A DNA stretch of 37,183 nt, from contig CDRNVI010000174.1 of NCBI GenBank assembly GCA_977017575.1, positions 1 to 37,183 on the forward strand, in the 5' to 3' direction. The notes under the pieces are model-generated. The model worked only from the letters and a program-made list of their open reading frames with translations. It was not told the origin of the DNA and made no database searches. Position 1 is the first letter of the stretch, and each line of letters opens with the position of its first letter. Of this stretch, positions 11,628 to 22,100 are shown in pieces. The stretch is from Paramoeba atlantica. Its lineage: Eukaryota; Protista; Discosea. Both the position numbers and the translations under genes were made by a program.

Positions 11628-11949
11628 CACCACATCTGATTTTTGAGAAAATGTGAATTTTAAAAATAAAGTTTAGACTCATTTTTTTTGGTAGCAATCC
11701 AATGTTTAAAGGTGTTGTAAGCAACTTTTTGATGGTTGTTAAGGTGGTAATTTTATGTTTTTTTTTCAGAGATCAGATTCACAAACCCAGCACCCATAAT
11801 TCAAAATCCATTTTTATTTTTCAAAGACTGGATTTCCAAATGTAATCCAACTTGGTTAGCTCAAAACTTGGTGTATTTTCCCATCCAAATCCTAAATAAA
11901 AGAGAAAGCCCAATATCTTTTTTGTCATGATGAAAAACTGTCCCACAAG
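11628..11949 (+). mobile_element. Left-end fragment (~320 bp) of the CACC-terminated TIR DNA transposon family; right end not found
   Basis: Highly similar to 15706-16026, starting exactly at CACCACATCTGATTTTTGAGAAAAT and preceded by TTC. Confidence 0.8.
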
Positions 11950-12565
11950 TGAACATGTCTACTGAGAAGTTGCACATGAGCAATGTGTGCTACTCTGAAG
12001 ACACTTGGCTCTCTGCTCTATTCATTTGATCCAACTCTTGATCTCCTCCAACTCAATTCCCAATCTCCTTCAAGTCAACCCTTGGTCTCCTCCAAGTCAA
12101 CCTTCTGTGAATCTAAATAAAGAACACCATTGATGATGTCATCAGGAAGTTTCTTGCTTTTTCGTGAGACTTCTGAGGACTGCTCTTCAGTTGTCCATTC
12201 AACATATTTCTGACACACCTTCTTTAGTCTGTACCAAAGTAGACATGTTCATTGGCAATGCTGGTTTTGATTTTCAGAACTCATGCTCACTTTTGATACT
12301 GAGATTGAACATTTGTTCTTTGAATTGAAACAACAACAGTGCCTTGTTTTCACAAACAAACATTCTGGTGAGGTTTTTTCCTGGAGGCCAGGTTTCCTTA
12401 CAACAACTGATCTTCTACTTTTGATCGTTTATCTTCTTTTTGAGTTGGCTATTTTTCCACCAATTGGTTTTTTAAGCGAGCAACTTTTCTTTTTTTTGAA
12501 CTCTGAGCACCAGTTTTCCATTGGGTTTTTCCACCACTCTGAGCCTACTGAGCTGCACAATAGAT

Positions 12566-13807
12566 ATGTATTTCCAGAATGAATCAATCATAAATAACCC
12601 CACACATAGGAATGTGCAGTGCCAATCCTTCAATGCACTTAATCCTAAGGGTTCCTGCTCCAATGGAGATACATGCAAGTATGTGCATCTTAGTAAAAGA
12701 TAATTCAGGAGAGAGAGGGGCAGACATCTGCGCCTGCAAGCTGCTGTTGGGACTGGAGAAACCTACCCTGATCTGGAACCACAAGAGCAACCACCTACTG
12801 AGAGGGAGGGGGATGCTCAACCTTCGGAAGAGCAAACCCCAGCAGTCTCTCCAGTGAGGGCAACTCAACCTTTCTTGGAAAACATTATAATTGGTGGACA
12901 ACTCTACTCCCCAGTTGCTGCTCCCAATTCTAGCCAGCAAGCAGTGAGCCCCATGCCAAGTCTCCCTCAAACTCCTCTGTCCAATCATCTTGCACACAAT
13001 GCAGGCCACAACTTTGACTGGTCATCAGTTACCTTGTCAAGAAGAGACACTCAGGTTCCAGTGCCTTTGGACCTCCTGCCAACAATGACATACAAGGATC
13101 TCAAGAGATCAATCAAATTGTCAATGACTCCCATCAAGCAATACCCAATGCTGCGTGAGAAGCTTGAGTATATTTACTGACAGTGGAATCAATTCAAGTG
13201 GCCCAACAATTCTATTGCAGCAAAGTTGGTCAGCACTGAGCTTGAGAAAGTGGGAATCCAAGTGTCTGGTTGGGAGACAATTGACAGTGTTCAAGAAATC
13301 CTGTATAATGTCTCTTTTTCAAATGGTCTTTTGAACAAACTGTTGCACAATGTGACCAAGAAATATCAGAATTTTGAGTTCAAGACGAACAAGGAGTTCT
13401 TGCCCCAAGTGGTTGATTTTCTTGCAGCTGCCAGTCTCACAGATCCTACATTGACCTTTGACAATGAATCTCTCAGAGAGACCTTTGAGAATCATGTGGA
13501 AGCTTCCCCCTTTGCCAGAGCTTGGGAATCAGCCAGCAGGATGAGCCACTTGAGGGAATTTGAACAAATTGTGTGCCTTATGAAAGAGCAGAAAAGCTAC
13601 CCCACAATCACCAGTTTGAAGAACTTGACATTGGGTTCAGAAAGAGAGAGGACAGCAAAAGAGCTGCAGGATCAGAAACCATGTCACTATTGTGGCAAAA
13701 CAACTCACAAGGCAGAGAGTTGTTGGAAGAAGAGGGACTTTGCAAGAGATGGCTTCTATTGTAAGGAACACAAGAAGAACAGCTCTCACTGGACTTCTGG
13801 TTGTTGA
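12566..13807 (+). pseudogene. gag: Gag region with N-terminal CCCH zinc finger and C-terminal CCHC zinc knuckle
   Basis: CQSFNALNPKGSCSNGDTCKYVH (C-x11-C-x5-C-x3-H) at ~12620-12690. CHYCGKTTHKAESC (CX2CX4HX4C) at ~13682-13723, followed by a second knuckle-like CKEHKKNSSHWTSGC. Internal stops at 12701 (TAA) and 13178 (TGA). Confidence 0.75.
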
Positions 13808-13897
13808 ATGTTGAACAAAAGGAAACGTGACCATTCATCCAGAGAACCCCCAGCACCAAAGTCACCTTGAGACAAGAAGAAAGAACAGAGGATATTT

Positions 13898-15154
13898 ATG
13901 AATACACTCATCAGGGAGTTAGAGAAAAGATTTGAGTTGACTCCCAAGGGGGATGGTGACTCAGAACAACCAAATAAACGACCTCAAATTTGCCCTGTTG
14001 ATTCTCTTTCTTCTATTTCACCTAGTTGCTCAACTGAATACAAAGAACCTCTGAGCCAGTCCAACACTCATGTTCAAGAACCTCTGAAACACTCTGATGT
14101 TCATGTTTGGACTGATCCATCATCCCATACCAACCTTCCTTTAGATCATGTGATCAATGTTCTTCCAAATTTAGTAATCAATGCAGAAAGCCAGGATATT
14201 GGTTGTGCATTTGAAGTTGTGTCTCAGGCGGGTGAATTAGCAACTACTACTTGTATAGACACAGGATCTGGTATCAATGTAATCAGTTGTCAGCAACTTT
14301 TGTGTCCTGGATTTGAGATCCTGAGCCAACAGCAAGCTGACAAGCTTCAAGTTAAAGTGGGAAACTCAACTGAAGTTGCAATTAATGAAGAGATTCTCAC
14401 CATGGTCAAGATTGAAAAGGGGTTTTCCCAAGGACTCTGGTTCTTCATTATTGATGACCTCCCTGTTCAAATATTGATTGGCTTCAGTGCCATGAAACAA
14501 TGTTGCCTAGGTCTCAGTGATGGTCATTTAACATGGAAAGGTTGGAGATGCATCCAAGCAAATTTAGCACAGCTCAACATCACCCTTCCTCAGGTCACAG
14601 ATCCAGATTTCTACATCAACATAGAGAGGCAAGATAAGACCTTAGTACTCTTGGCTGAGACAAAGGCAATCCCTCTGAGATCATCAGTGTTCCTTCCACT
14701 AATGCTGAGCAGCTGTGCATTGTCACCTGAAGGATTCTTCTTTCCATCAATTGGATCAGAGAGTTTGTTATTCCTTCCTGGCTTGGTTACAATTGAGCAA
14801 GGTAAAAAACACAACACACTGAATGTTCTTGTGATGAATCATTCTGAGACTAAGGTCCAAGTGAAGAAAAATCTCGAAGTTGGAATGGTTTATCAGCTTA
14901 ATGACCATGATGTCAAAAACACTGAGCTTCTTCAACTCTTGAAACACTCTTTGATTGAACCCTGTCTTCGAAAATTTGTACCCAAGAAACAACCACTTTG
15001 CACAAAATCAGTTAATGCAAAGACTGGTGCCAATTATCTCTGTGCACTCACTGGACCATGGCTTGAGAAAATGATTGAGGATGAGGATTTATTTCAAAAA
15101 CCTAAATGGAAGAGACAGAAGTTGCATGATCATCAGAATGGCAAATCTGATTGA
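13898..15154 (+). pseudogene. Retroviral-type aspartic protease plus the dUTPase-like linker common in Gypsy pol
   Basis: CIDTGSGINVIS catalytic motif and ILIGFSAM. Linker AIPLRSSVFLP...VLVMNHSETKVQVKKNLEVG. Same frame as gag and RT. Confidence 0.8.
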
Positions 15155-15196
15155 TCCACCAGAAACCCCGACCCTGACCTCAATTGTAACTCATCT

Positions 15197-15705
15197 GTGA
15201 TACAATTGCTTACTCACATTGCCACTCAAAACAAGTCTACTACACATAAAAAAGATCCACCTGATAAATTCAAAGAAGCATATGAGAAATTTGGTTTGGA
15301 TAATACTGAATTGAATAACAGGCAGAAAATACAATTAGCAGAGATGTTGGTTTCTTTCCAAGACTTGTGGGATGATGAGAAGCGAGAAGGTCCAATTACT
15401 AGGATCACAGCAACAAGTCATCCAATCAAAGCAGAGGGTCCACCCTTGAGAGCAAAACCCCGTAGAACCACACCTGTCAAAGACTGCATCATATGGAAAC
15501 ATATTGACAAGATGGTGAAAAGGAAAGTGATTAGAAAATCTAACTCTCCTTGGGCTGCTCCAATTCTCTTGGCAGACAAGAAGAATGGAAATGTTCAGTT
15601 TTGTGTGGATTTCCGTCACCTGAATGAAAAAACAAAGAAGGACTCTTATCCACTACCCTGTATGGATGAAATCTTAGCTGCACTTGGCAGTTCTTCTTAT
15701 TTTTC
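15197..15705 (+). pseudogene. Reverse transcriptase, 5' part
   Basis: SNSPWAAPILLADKKNGNVQFCVDFRHLNEKTKKDSYPLPCMDEILAALGSSSYFS, classic Gypsy RT N-terminal motifs. Cut at the inserted element. Confidence 0.92.
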
Positions 15706-18116
15706 CACCGCATCCGATTTTTGAGAAAATGTGAATTTTAAAAATAAAGTTTGGACCCATTTTTTTTGGTAGCAATCCGGTGTTTAAAGGTGTTGTAAGC
15801 AACTTTTTGATGGTTGTTAAGGTGGTAATTTTGTGTTTTTTTTTCAGATATCAGATGCACAAACCCAGCACCCATAATTCAAAATCCATTTTCATTTTTC
15901 AAAGACTGTGTTTCCAAATGTAACTCAACTTGGTTAGCTCAAAACTTGGTGTATTTTCCCATCCTAAATAAAAGAGAAGAGAAAGCCCAATATCTTTTTT
16001 GTCACGATGAAGAACTGTCCCACAAGCAATTGAGAGCCAAAATTCTTCAATCAAGCAAAAATCTTTGTTGAAAGAGTCTTCAAGAAGGAGTTCAGGTCCG
16101 AACAGAGTGAGCAGTTTGTTTAGACATTTGAGAGAAAAACAAAAAACAAGAAGAAAAAAAAAGAAAAAAAAACAAAGGACTTGAACTAAATCGTTTTGGC
16201 TGTATTTTTCGAATAAAAAAAAAGAAAAAAAGTAATCTGAAAAGAATCCAAGACGAAAATTGCTAATTTTTTTGCTTTTTTTTCTTTCAAATTTTTGATT
16301 CTTTTTTCAAAATGCTTGCCAGATTCAATCTCAAAAGAAAAAAATGAATTCAATCACAAAAAAAGAAAAGAAGGAGATTAAAAATGGAATTCTTGCTCTG
16401 TCAACCAATTCCCCATGATTCTTTGTTTTCTTCTTCATGGACATTATCACCAAAAAACCCTTTTCCTCTCTCGATATTATTGTTTCCTCCTGTTCGTTTT
16501 TCAGAGCCATCTAAGGATAGTTATTCTACTCTCTCTCTCCTCCTTCACCTTTATTATTTGATCATTTTTGTTTTTCGACTGCACGAGAACTTGTAAAAAC
16601 AAATAAGAGTTTGGTGTCTTGGAAAGTGCTTGAAGAGAAGGTTGTGTTTCTGTTTGATCATCTTGTTTTTCTTTTTCTTTCTTTTTTTTCTTTCGTTTTT
16701 CTCCCCTTTTTTTCTTTCTTTTTTTCTCTTCCTTTTTATTCTTCCTTTTTATTCTCTCTTTTTTTCTCCTTTTTTCTCCTTCCTCTTTTTTCTTTTCTTT
16801 TTTTTTTTATTATTCTTATCATTTTTAAAAATATCTTTTTTGAATCCACACAATACAGATTTCTAAAATTGTTGGAAGAATGAGTTGAAAGAAAGCAAGT
16901 GGTTCACATGAACTCTCAAAACCAATGGATTATTCAAAACTGGGACAACCACATTATTTTAACAAGGAAACCAGGAAAAAGCACTATTGTTGTTGAGAAC
17001 TTATTTTAAAACCAAACCAGTAACAGTTTCTCCCCAAAATCCATCGCCGGCTTTGGAGCAGGAAGTTTTGGAAATGGAATTTCAAACTCTGGTGATTTCA
17101 AGTGTATTGGCTCCCCAGACAAAGGATCTAAGACTCACTGAAATATCATCACATCATTTGGATTTTTTAGTAACCCATATCATTCATCATCATATTCACA
17201 AACTGTGCTTGTTTCAAATCATCAGATTTCTCAAGGTTTTGAAAGTCTATTTATTAAATTTTAAGAAATTATAATCCTTCAAAACACACACAAAAAAAAA
17301 ATGAATTAACCTTTTCGAATCGCTTTCTTCACAACTCGCTTCCCAATGGGCAGACAATGAACGAGTTCTTGAATCAGTCTTTTTGAAATGCTGGACTTGA
17401 ACTTTTCAAAAGTTCAAGTTCAGTGTTTCAAAAGGTTTATCCTCTTTAATCTGTGTTCCTTCATACCTTCGAAGAGATAAACCACTTTAAAGTTTGTAAT
17501 CTCTTCTGTTTTCCTCTTGATTTGAGATGTAAAAGCTCTCCTTTCCCATTGTTTTTCATGAATAACAGAAGTGTTGATGATTGGAAGTTGTTCTATTTTT
17601 GTTCGGAAGAAAAATTGAAAAATTGTCATTTAAAAAGAAAGTTAAACCAGGTTGTTTTGTCCTTTTGACTTTTTTAATCTTTTTGATCTCTTTCCAAAAA
17701 TCTTTTTGGTGTTTCTGTGAGATTCGGGTGTGTCCATTTTCAAAAAATTGCCCAATCTATTTATTCTTAGACTTTAGAATATGGAGAAAAAAGTAGAACC
17801 AAAATAGAAAAGGACATCTTCTCTTTCAAGGGGAGATATTGGCAGTTTGACCAACACTTTTTTAACACTTTTCAACATCTCTCCCATAAAAGTTGTTTTT
17901 TTGGTTCTTTAAAAATACATTATTTCAAAGAACATCAAAAAACGAATCAAAATCAAAAAACAAACCTTGAAAAGACTTCAAACAAAGACCAAAAAAGTGG
18001 ATGGCAGAAGCGAAGAGAAGCACGAAAGAAAAACACGAGAAAACACAAGAACGCAAACACCGTCCAAAATAGGGACTCAAAAAAAGTGCGTGATTTTTGA
18101 AAAATCGAATGTGGTG
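15706..18116. mobile_element. 2411-bp class II (TIR) element with CACC...GGTG termini and 3-bp TTC target-site duplication; tentatively CMC (CACTA/Chapaev-like) group; no intact transposase seen
   Basis: Left TIR CACCGCATCCGATTTTTGAGAAAAT. Reverse complement of right end CACCACATTCGATTTTTCAAAAATC. TTC at 15703-15705 and 18117-18119. Excision restores RT in frame as YFS-SIDLFEAFW. Confidence 0.88.
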
Positions 18117-19130
18117 TTCCTCTATTGACCTGTTTGAGGCTTTCTGGTTGATCCCAATCAGAGAAGGAGACATTGAAAAGGCTGCCTTTACCAGCAAATA
18201 TGGTTTCTGGGAATTTCTCTTGATGCCTTTTGGGTTATGTAATGCTCCAGCAACACAACAATAGTTTATTGAAATGGTCTTGAGTGGTCTGGTTTGGCAA
18301 TGTTGTTTTGCCTACATCAATGATATCCTTTGTTACAGCTCAACATTTGAACAACATCTGGCTGATCTGACGAAAATTTTCCAAAGATTGAGGGACAATG
18401 ATTTGATGCTCCAACCAGCAAAGTGCTTGTTTTGCAAGCCAAATTTTGAAATTCTTGGATTTATCACAACAAAGGATGGTTTGAAGCCAAATCTGAAAAA
18501 AGTTGAGGCAATCCAGAATTACCCACTTCTGACTACTCCAAAGGAAATTGAGAGATTTTTGGAAATGGTTACTTGGTTAAAACGGTTCATCCCTCATTCA
18601 TCCAGTTTAACAACACACTTGAGAAAAGCCAAAGTGATGGATCCAAAGAAGTTTTTGCTATCCCAAGAATCCATTAAGGAGATACATCTCTTAAAGGAGC
18701 TTTTGACATCCAAAACCTGTATGGCCCATCCTGACTTCTCAAAGGAATTTTTTATCTATGTTGACACCAGCAAGCTTGGTCTTAGAGCAATTCTCACTCA
18801 GATGGATCAAAATGGTCACCACTGAGTTATTGAGTATGCTTCTCGAACACTCACAAAGACACAGCAGAAGTACACTAATCCTCTGTGGGAGGGCCTTGGA
18901 ATCCTGTGGGCATTAAACAACTTCAAGTATTACATCTGTGGTCAAAATCCTATTGTGTTCTATGATTGCAAATCTCTCAAATCTGTGTTTAAAATGGGTC
19001 AACAGAAAGTACTGAACCATGATATGCTGTGTGATTGGGTTGCTTGAATTCTAGAATATCACCCAAAGATCATTCACAAACCTGGAAAGTTGATGGCAAT
19101 CCCTGATGCTCTAAGCTGCCAGTATGCTGG
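18117..19130 (+). pseudogene. Reverse transcriptase 3' part and RNase H
   Basis: SIDLFEAFWLIPI..EKAAFTSKYGFWEFLLMPFGLCNAPAT; AYINDIL (degenerate YxDD); FFIYVDTSKLGLRAILTQ; VIEYASRTL; W..*ILEY; HKPGKLMAIPDALS. Confidence 0.92.
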
Positions 19131-19539
19131 ATATCATGATAAGGCCACTTCAAAGAATTATGTGACTTGTTGGTTTGAAGAGTTGGTGGATTTGGGACAA
19201 TCTTCTTCAGGAAAAACCCATATCCTCTTAAGACAAAACAACATTTTGGAAAAAATTGAATTAATCAGTGAGCCAGAAATTTGTGACATTTCTCCTATTT
19301 GATCACTGCCTCTGCCACTTTCCACAGCAAAAGAAAGTTCTGAAAATGTTGAAGCAAATATGGATAACATTGATCAGATTTTAGTTGAACTTCCTTACCT
19401 TGCTCAGGCCCAAAGGAAAGATAAGTTTTGCTCAATGATTATTAACTACTTGATTAATGGCCTCTTGCCTAAGAGGAAGTGCTATCTTTGGGCACTCCAA
19501 TGAACTGCTCACAAGTATTGGGTTGATGAATCTGAAATC

Positions 19540-20223
19540 TTGAGGAAAGTGGATGAAACTACAACTGCTGGTTGTCTCCCACCTGCAATTCTGCCTCAGA
19601 GTTTGTGGAATACAGTATTTGACACTTATCATTCAGATCTAATCTCTGGACACTGCAAGTTCAAGCAACTTTATAATGCAATTGCTGTCTCCTATTATTT
19701 TCCTAGTATGAGTGCTGCAATCAAAGGTTACTATCACCATTGCCTTAATTGTACAATCAACTCAAAAACAAAGACATTGACATCTGATTTAAACCCTTAT
19801 ATGGCTTCTTATTCTGGAATTTTACTTCACCTAGATTGTACAAAAGGACCAAAAGTCACTGCTTGTGGAAATTCTTTTATTTTGGCTATCCTTGATAACT
19901 TTAGTGGCTATATACATTTGTATACAATTCCAGATCCCTCTGCTGAAGCCTCTGCTGAAGCCTTACTTCAGTATGTTTGTGTTAATTCAATACCTTTGTG
20001 GATAGTAACAGATAATGGTTCAAAATTTGCAAATCAAATTTTTGCAGAACTGACCCAGCTTCTCAGAATGAAACAAACTTTTATTGCCCCCTACAACTCC
20101 AAAAGTAATAGCTGTGTTGAATGTTCCCACAAAGTTACAGAATCAATCATTTGCTCATTTGTTGATAAATATGCAGATGATTGGGACCTTCTCTTACCTC
20201 TTGTGGAATTTGCTTTCAATACT
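19540..20223 (+). pseudogene. Retroelement integrase (HHCC + DDE core), C-terminally truncated
   Basis: YHSDLISGH...HCLNC zinc-binding motif; LHLD, LAILDNFSGY, IVTDNGSKF, YNSKSNSCVECSHK, WDLLLPLVEFAFNT. Similarity ends right after FNT. Confidence 0.88.
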
Positions 20224-20748
20224 TGTCAGGTTCTGAGAGTGTTTTGACTCTCAAAGATGCTTCTTGATTTGATGTTGTTTTGTTGTTTCCTCTGTGTTTT
20301 CCCAATTAGAGAGCATTTTGTTTTGTCTAAATTTGTGTTTCATTATGAATTTGGTTTGTATTGCTTTTATTGTGCTTTGAGCAGAAGTTGTAGATATCAT
20401 AGTAAATTTAGGAGATTTAAACTGATCTGTTTCCTTGTTCTGTTTGTATTAGTAATAGAAATGCACCACTCTGTACTTTTTTTCAGAAGTTTGCTTTGCT
20501 TCTGTGTTTTGGTTCTTTTTCCATTTATTTTTGGTTGTACATTAGCTGTGAGTGATGATATTTCTACATTGCCCTATCTTCAAGAGGAAATGTTTTGGTT
20601 GGGTTTTCTTGTGAGGATGTGGGAAGATGTGAGGGAGAGAGACTTTAATTATATTCTTCCTTGGGTAATGTTCTTCCTATTATTCTCCTTGAATGTGTGC
20701 TATGGTATTTTTTGTTTTTGGAAGAGAATGGAAGATAGTTGTTGTTGA

Positions 20749-21645
20749 ATGAATTTTCTACTTGATGTGAGTGTTGGGAGACCTTATTCAGAAAATAGTG
20801 ATATAGGTAGGCCATGGCAGATGAGCAGTCTGACAGCTCTATATGATAGAGATGCGGTCATACGACCAGTTTCTGCTCGGAATGTGGGTGGGGAGAGGAG
20901 TCATCTTCAAGCTGATGAACAAGAAGTATTCAATTCCTAGGATGCAGCATTGAGAAGAACTCTGTCTCAGATGACACAGGAGATGGAGGATTGTAGTTAA
21001 ACTTTTAAAACTGTAAAGGGTCTTTCAAAGTTAAACACACCATGTGATGATGTTGAAAAACTTTTGTTTTTTCAAAGTGATTTCTATTGGAAAATGAGAA
21101 ATAATGTTGAAGACAAGAGTCTTTGGCATTGTTACTTGTTTGAAGCAATTTCTGGAGATTTGAAGTTAAGTCTTCAGAGAATGGATTACTTTACTATAGG
21201 TGTTTCAAATATTATTACTTTTTTGTTTCAAAATAATCTCAGTGTTGAGTGGTGAGAAAAAATTTGTATAGCTGCAAGGAATGTGAAACAGAAGCCTTCT
21301 GAGAGGATCAAGCCATTTATGAATTGACTTGAGACATATTTAGAGGTATTGGATATAGAACTTGATTCGGCTGATACAAAGAGTATTCTGTATCATGCTC
21401 TGCTTCCAAAATATTGTAATGTTTTTGAAAGTAAGTTTGAGAATTTTAATCTTAATGAAACACCTTGGCATTCTCTAGAAAAATATGGCTTTCAAGCAGA
21501 ATTGTTTCACAGTTTTGCAAACATAAGTTCTAGATCTGGGGGCTCAAAGAAGTATTATTATTGTAGGAAACATGGTCATATTTAAAGCAATTGTCTATCT
21601 TGGAGATTGAAGAGTCCATCTGAGAAAGAGTTGGTGTCCATAGTT
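20749..21645 (+). pseudogene. Decayed gag of a second LTR-type element (possibly starting at TGTCA, 20224)
   Basis: ORF fragments 20749, 21064 and 21349 share one frame. NVKQKPSERIKPFMN*LETY resembles the retrotransposon gag 'KQ..E.V..Y..R' region. YYYCRKHGHI*SNC is a damaged CCHC knuckle. Confidence 0.6.
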
Positions 21646-22100
21646 TAGTTGTAAATTTGATTATGTCCAACCCCAGGGAGTGAGTTCAAATCCCAGTTTT
21701 TCAATATTATAGAAAATTTTTCTGGTGCTGTAGAGTGATTTGATTGAAGTGAGGAGCTTTTAAAGAAGTGTGAAAATCAGAACAGGTTACATTTCAGCCC
21801 TGTTTGCTAAAAAGTTGAGGATAAATTCTCTTAGAAGAAGCTTTGGATTATTCTCCCTTCTAATATATATCCTCCAGCCTGAACTTGCAGAAGTTCTAAA
21901 GTTCAGCATAAAGACTGACTAAACTAAGCTGAAGTTTAAAACTTCACCTCTCGTTAGAGGTTAAAAACAAATATAATTTAATGTAATTCAAATGGCTTAG
22001 ATTAAGAACTACTAATTGAATAAAGTCTGTTTCAAAAAAAAAAAAAAAAAAATTTATTATAAGTTATAAAATTTATTTTCAAAAAAAGTAACTTTTTCAT

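Larger units (their letters stand above)
12521..20223 (+). mobile_element. Degenerate Ty3/Gypsy retrotransposon gag-pol (gag-PR-RT-RNaseH-IN), interrupted by a DNA transposon and truncated in integrase; no LTR pair found
   Basis: After removing 15706-18116 plus one TSD copy, all fragments lie in one frame with 10 in-frame stops and no frameshift. Domain order PR-RT-RH-IN is diagnostic of Ty3/Gypsy. Confidence 0.92.

Noticed and set aside
11628-16026. Direct repeats at 11628 and 15706 as the LTR pair of the Gypsy element
   Set aside because: The second copy lies inside RT, is the left end of a TIR element with its own TSD, and starts CACC rather than TG.
12521-20223. Alternative genetic code (TGA=Arg/Trp, or TAA/TAG=Gln) explaining in-frame stops
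   Set aside because: Stops are accompanied by CpG-type missense changes in catalytic motifs. Host exons contain no in-frame stops and end in TGA or TAA. Mutational decay explains the pattern.
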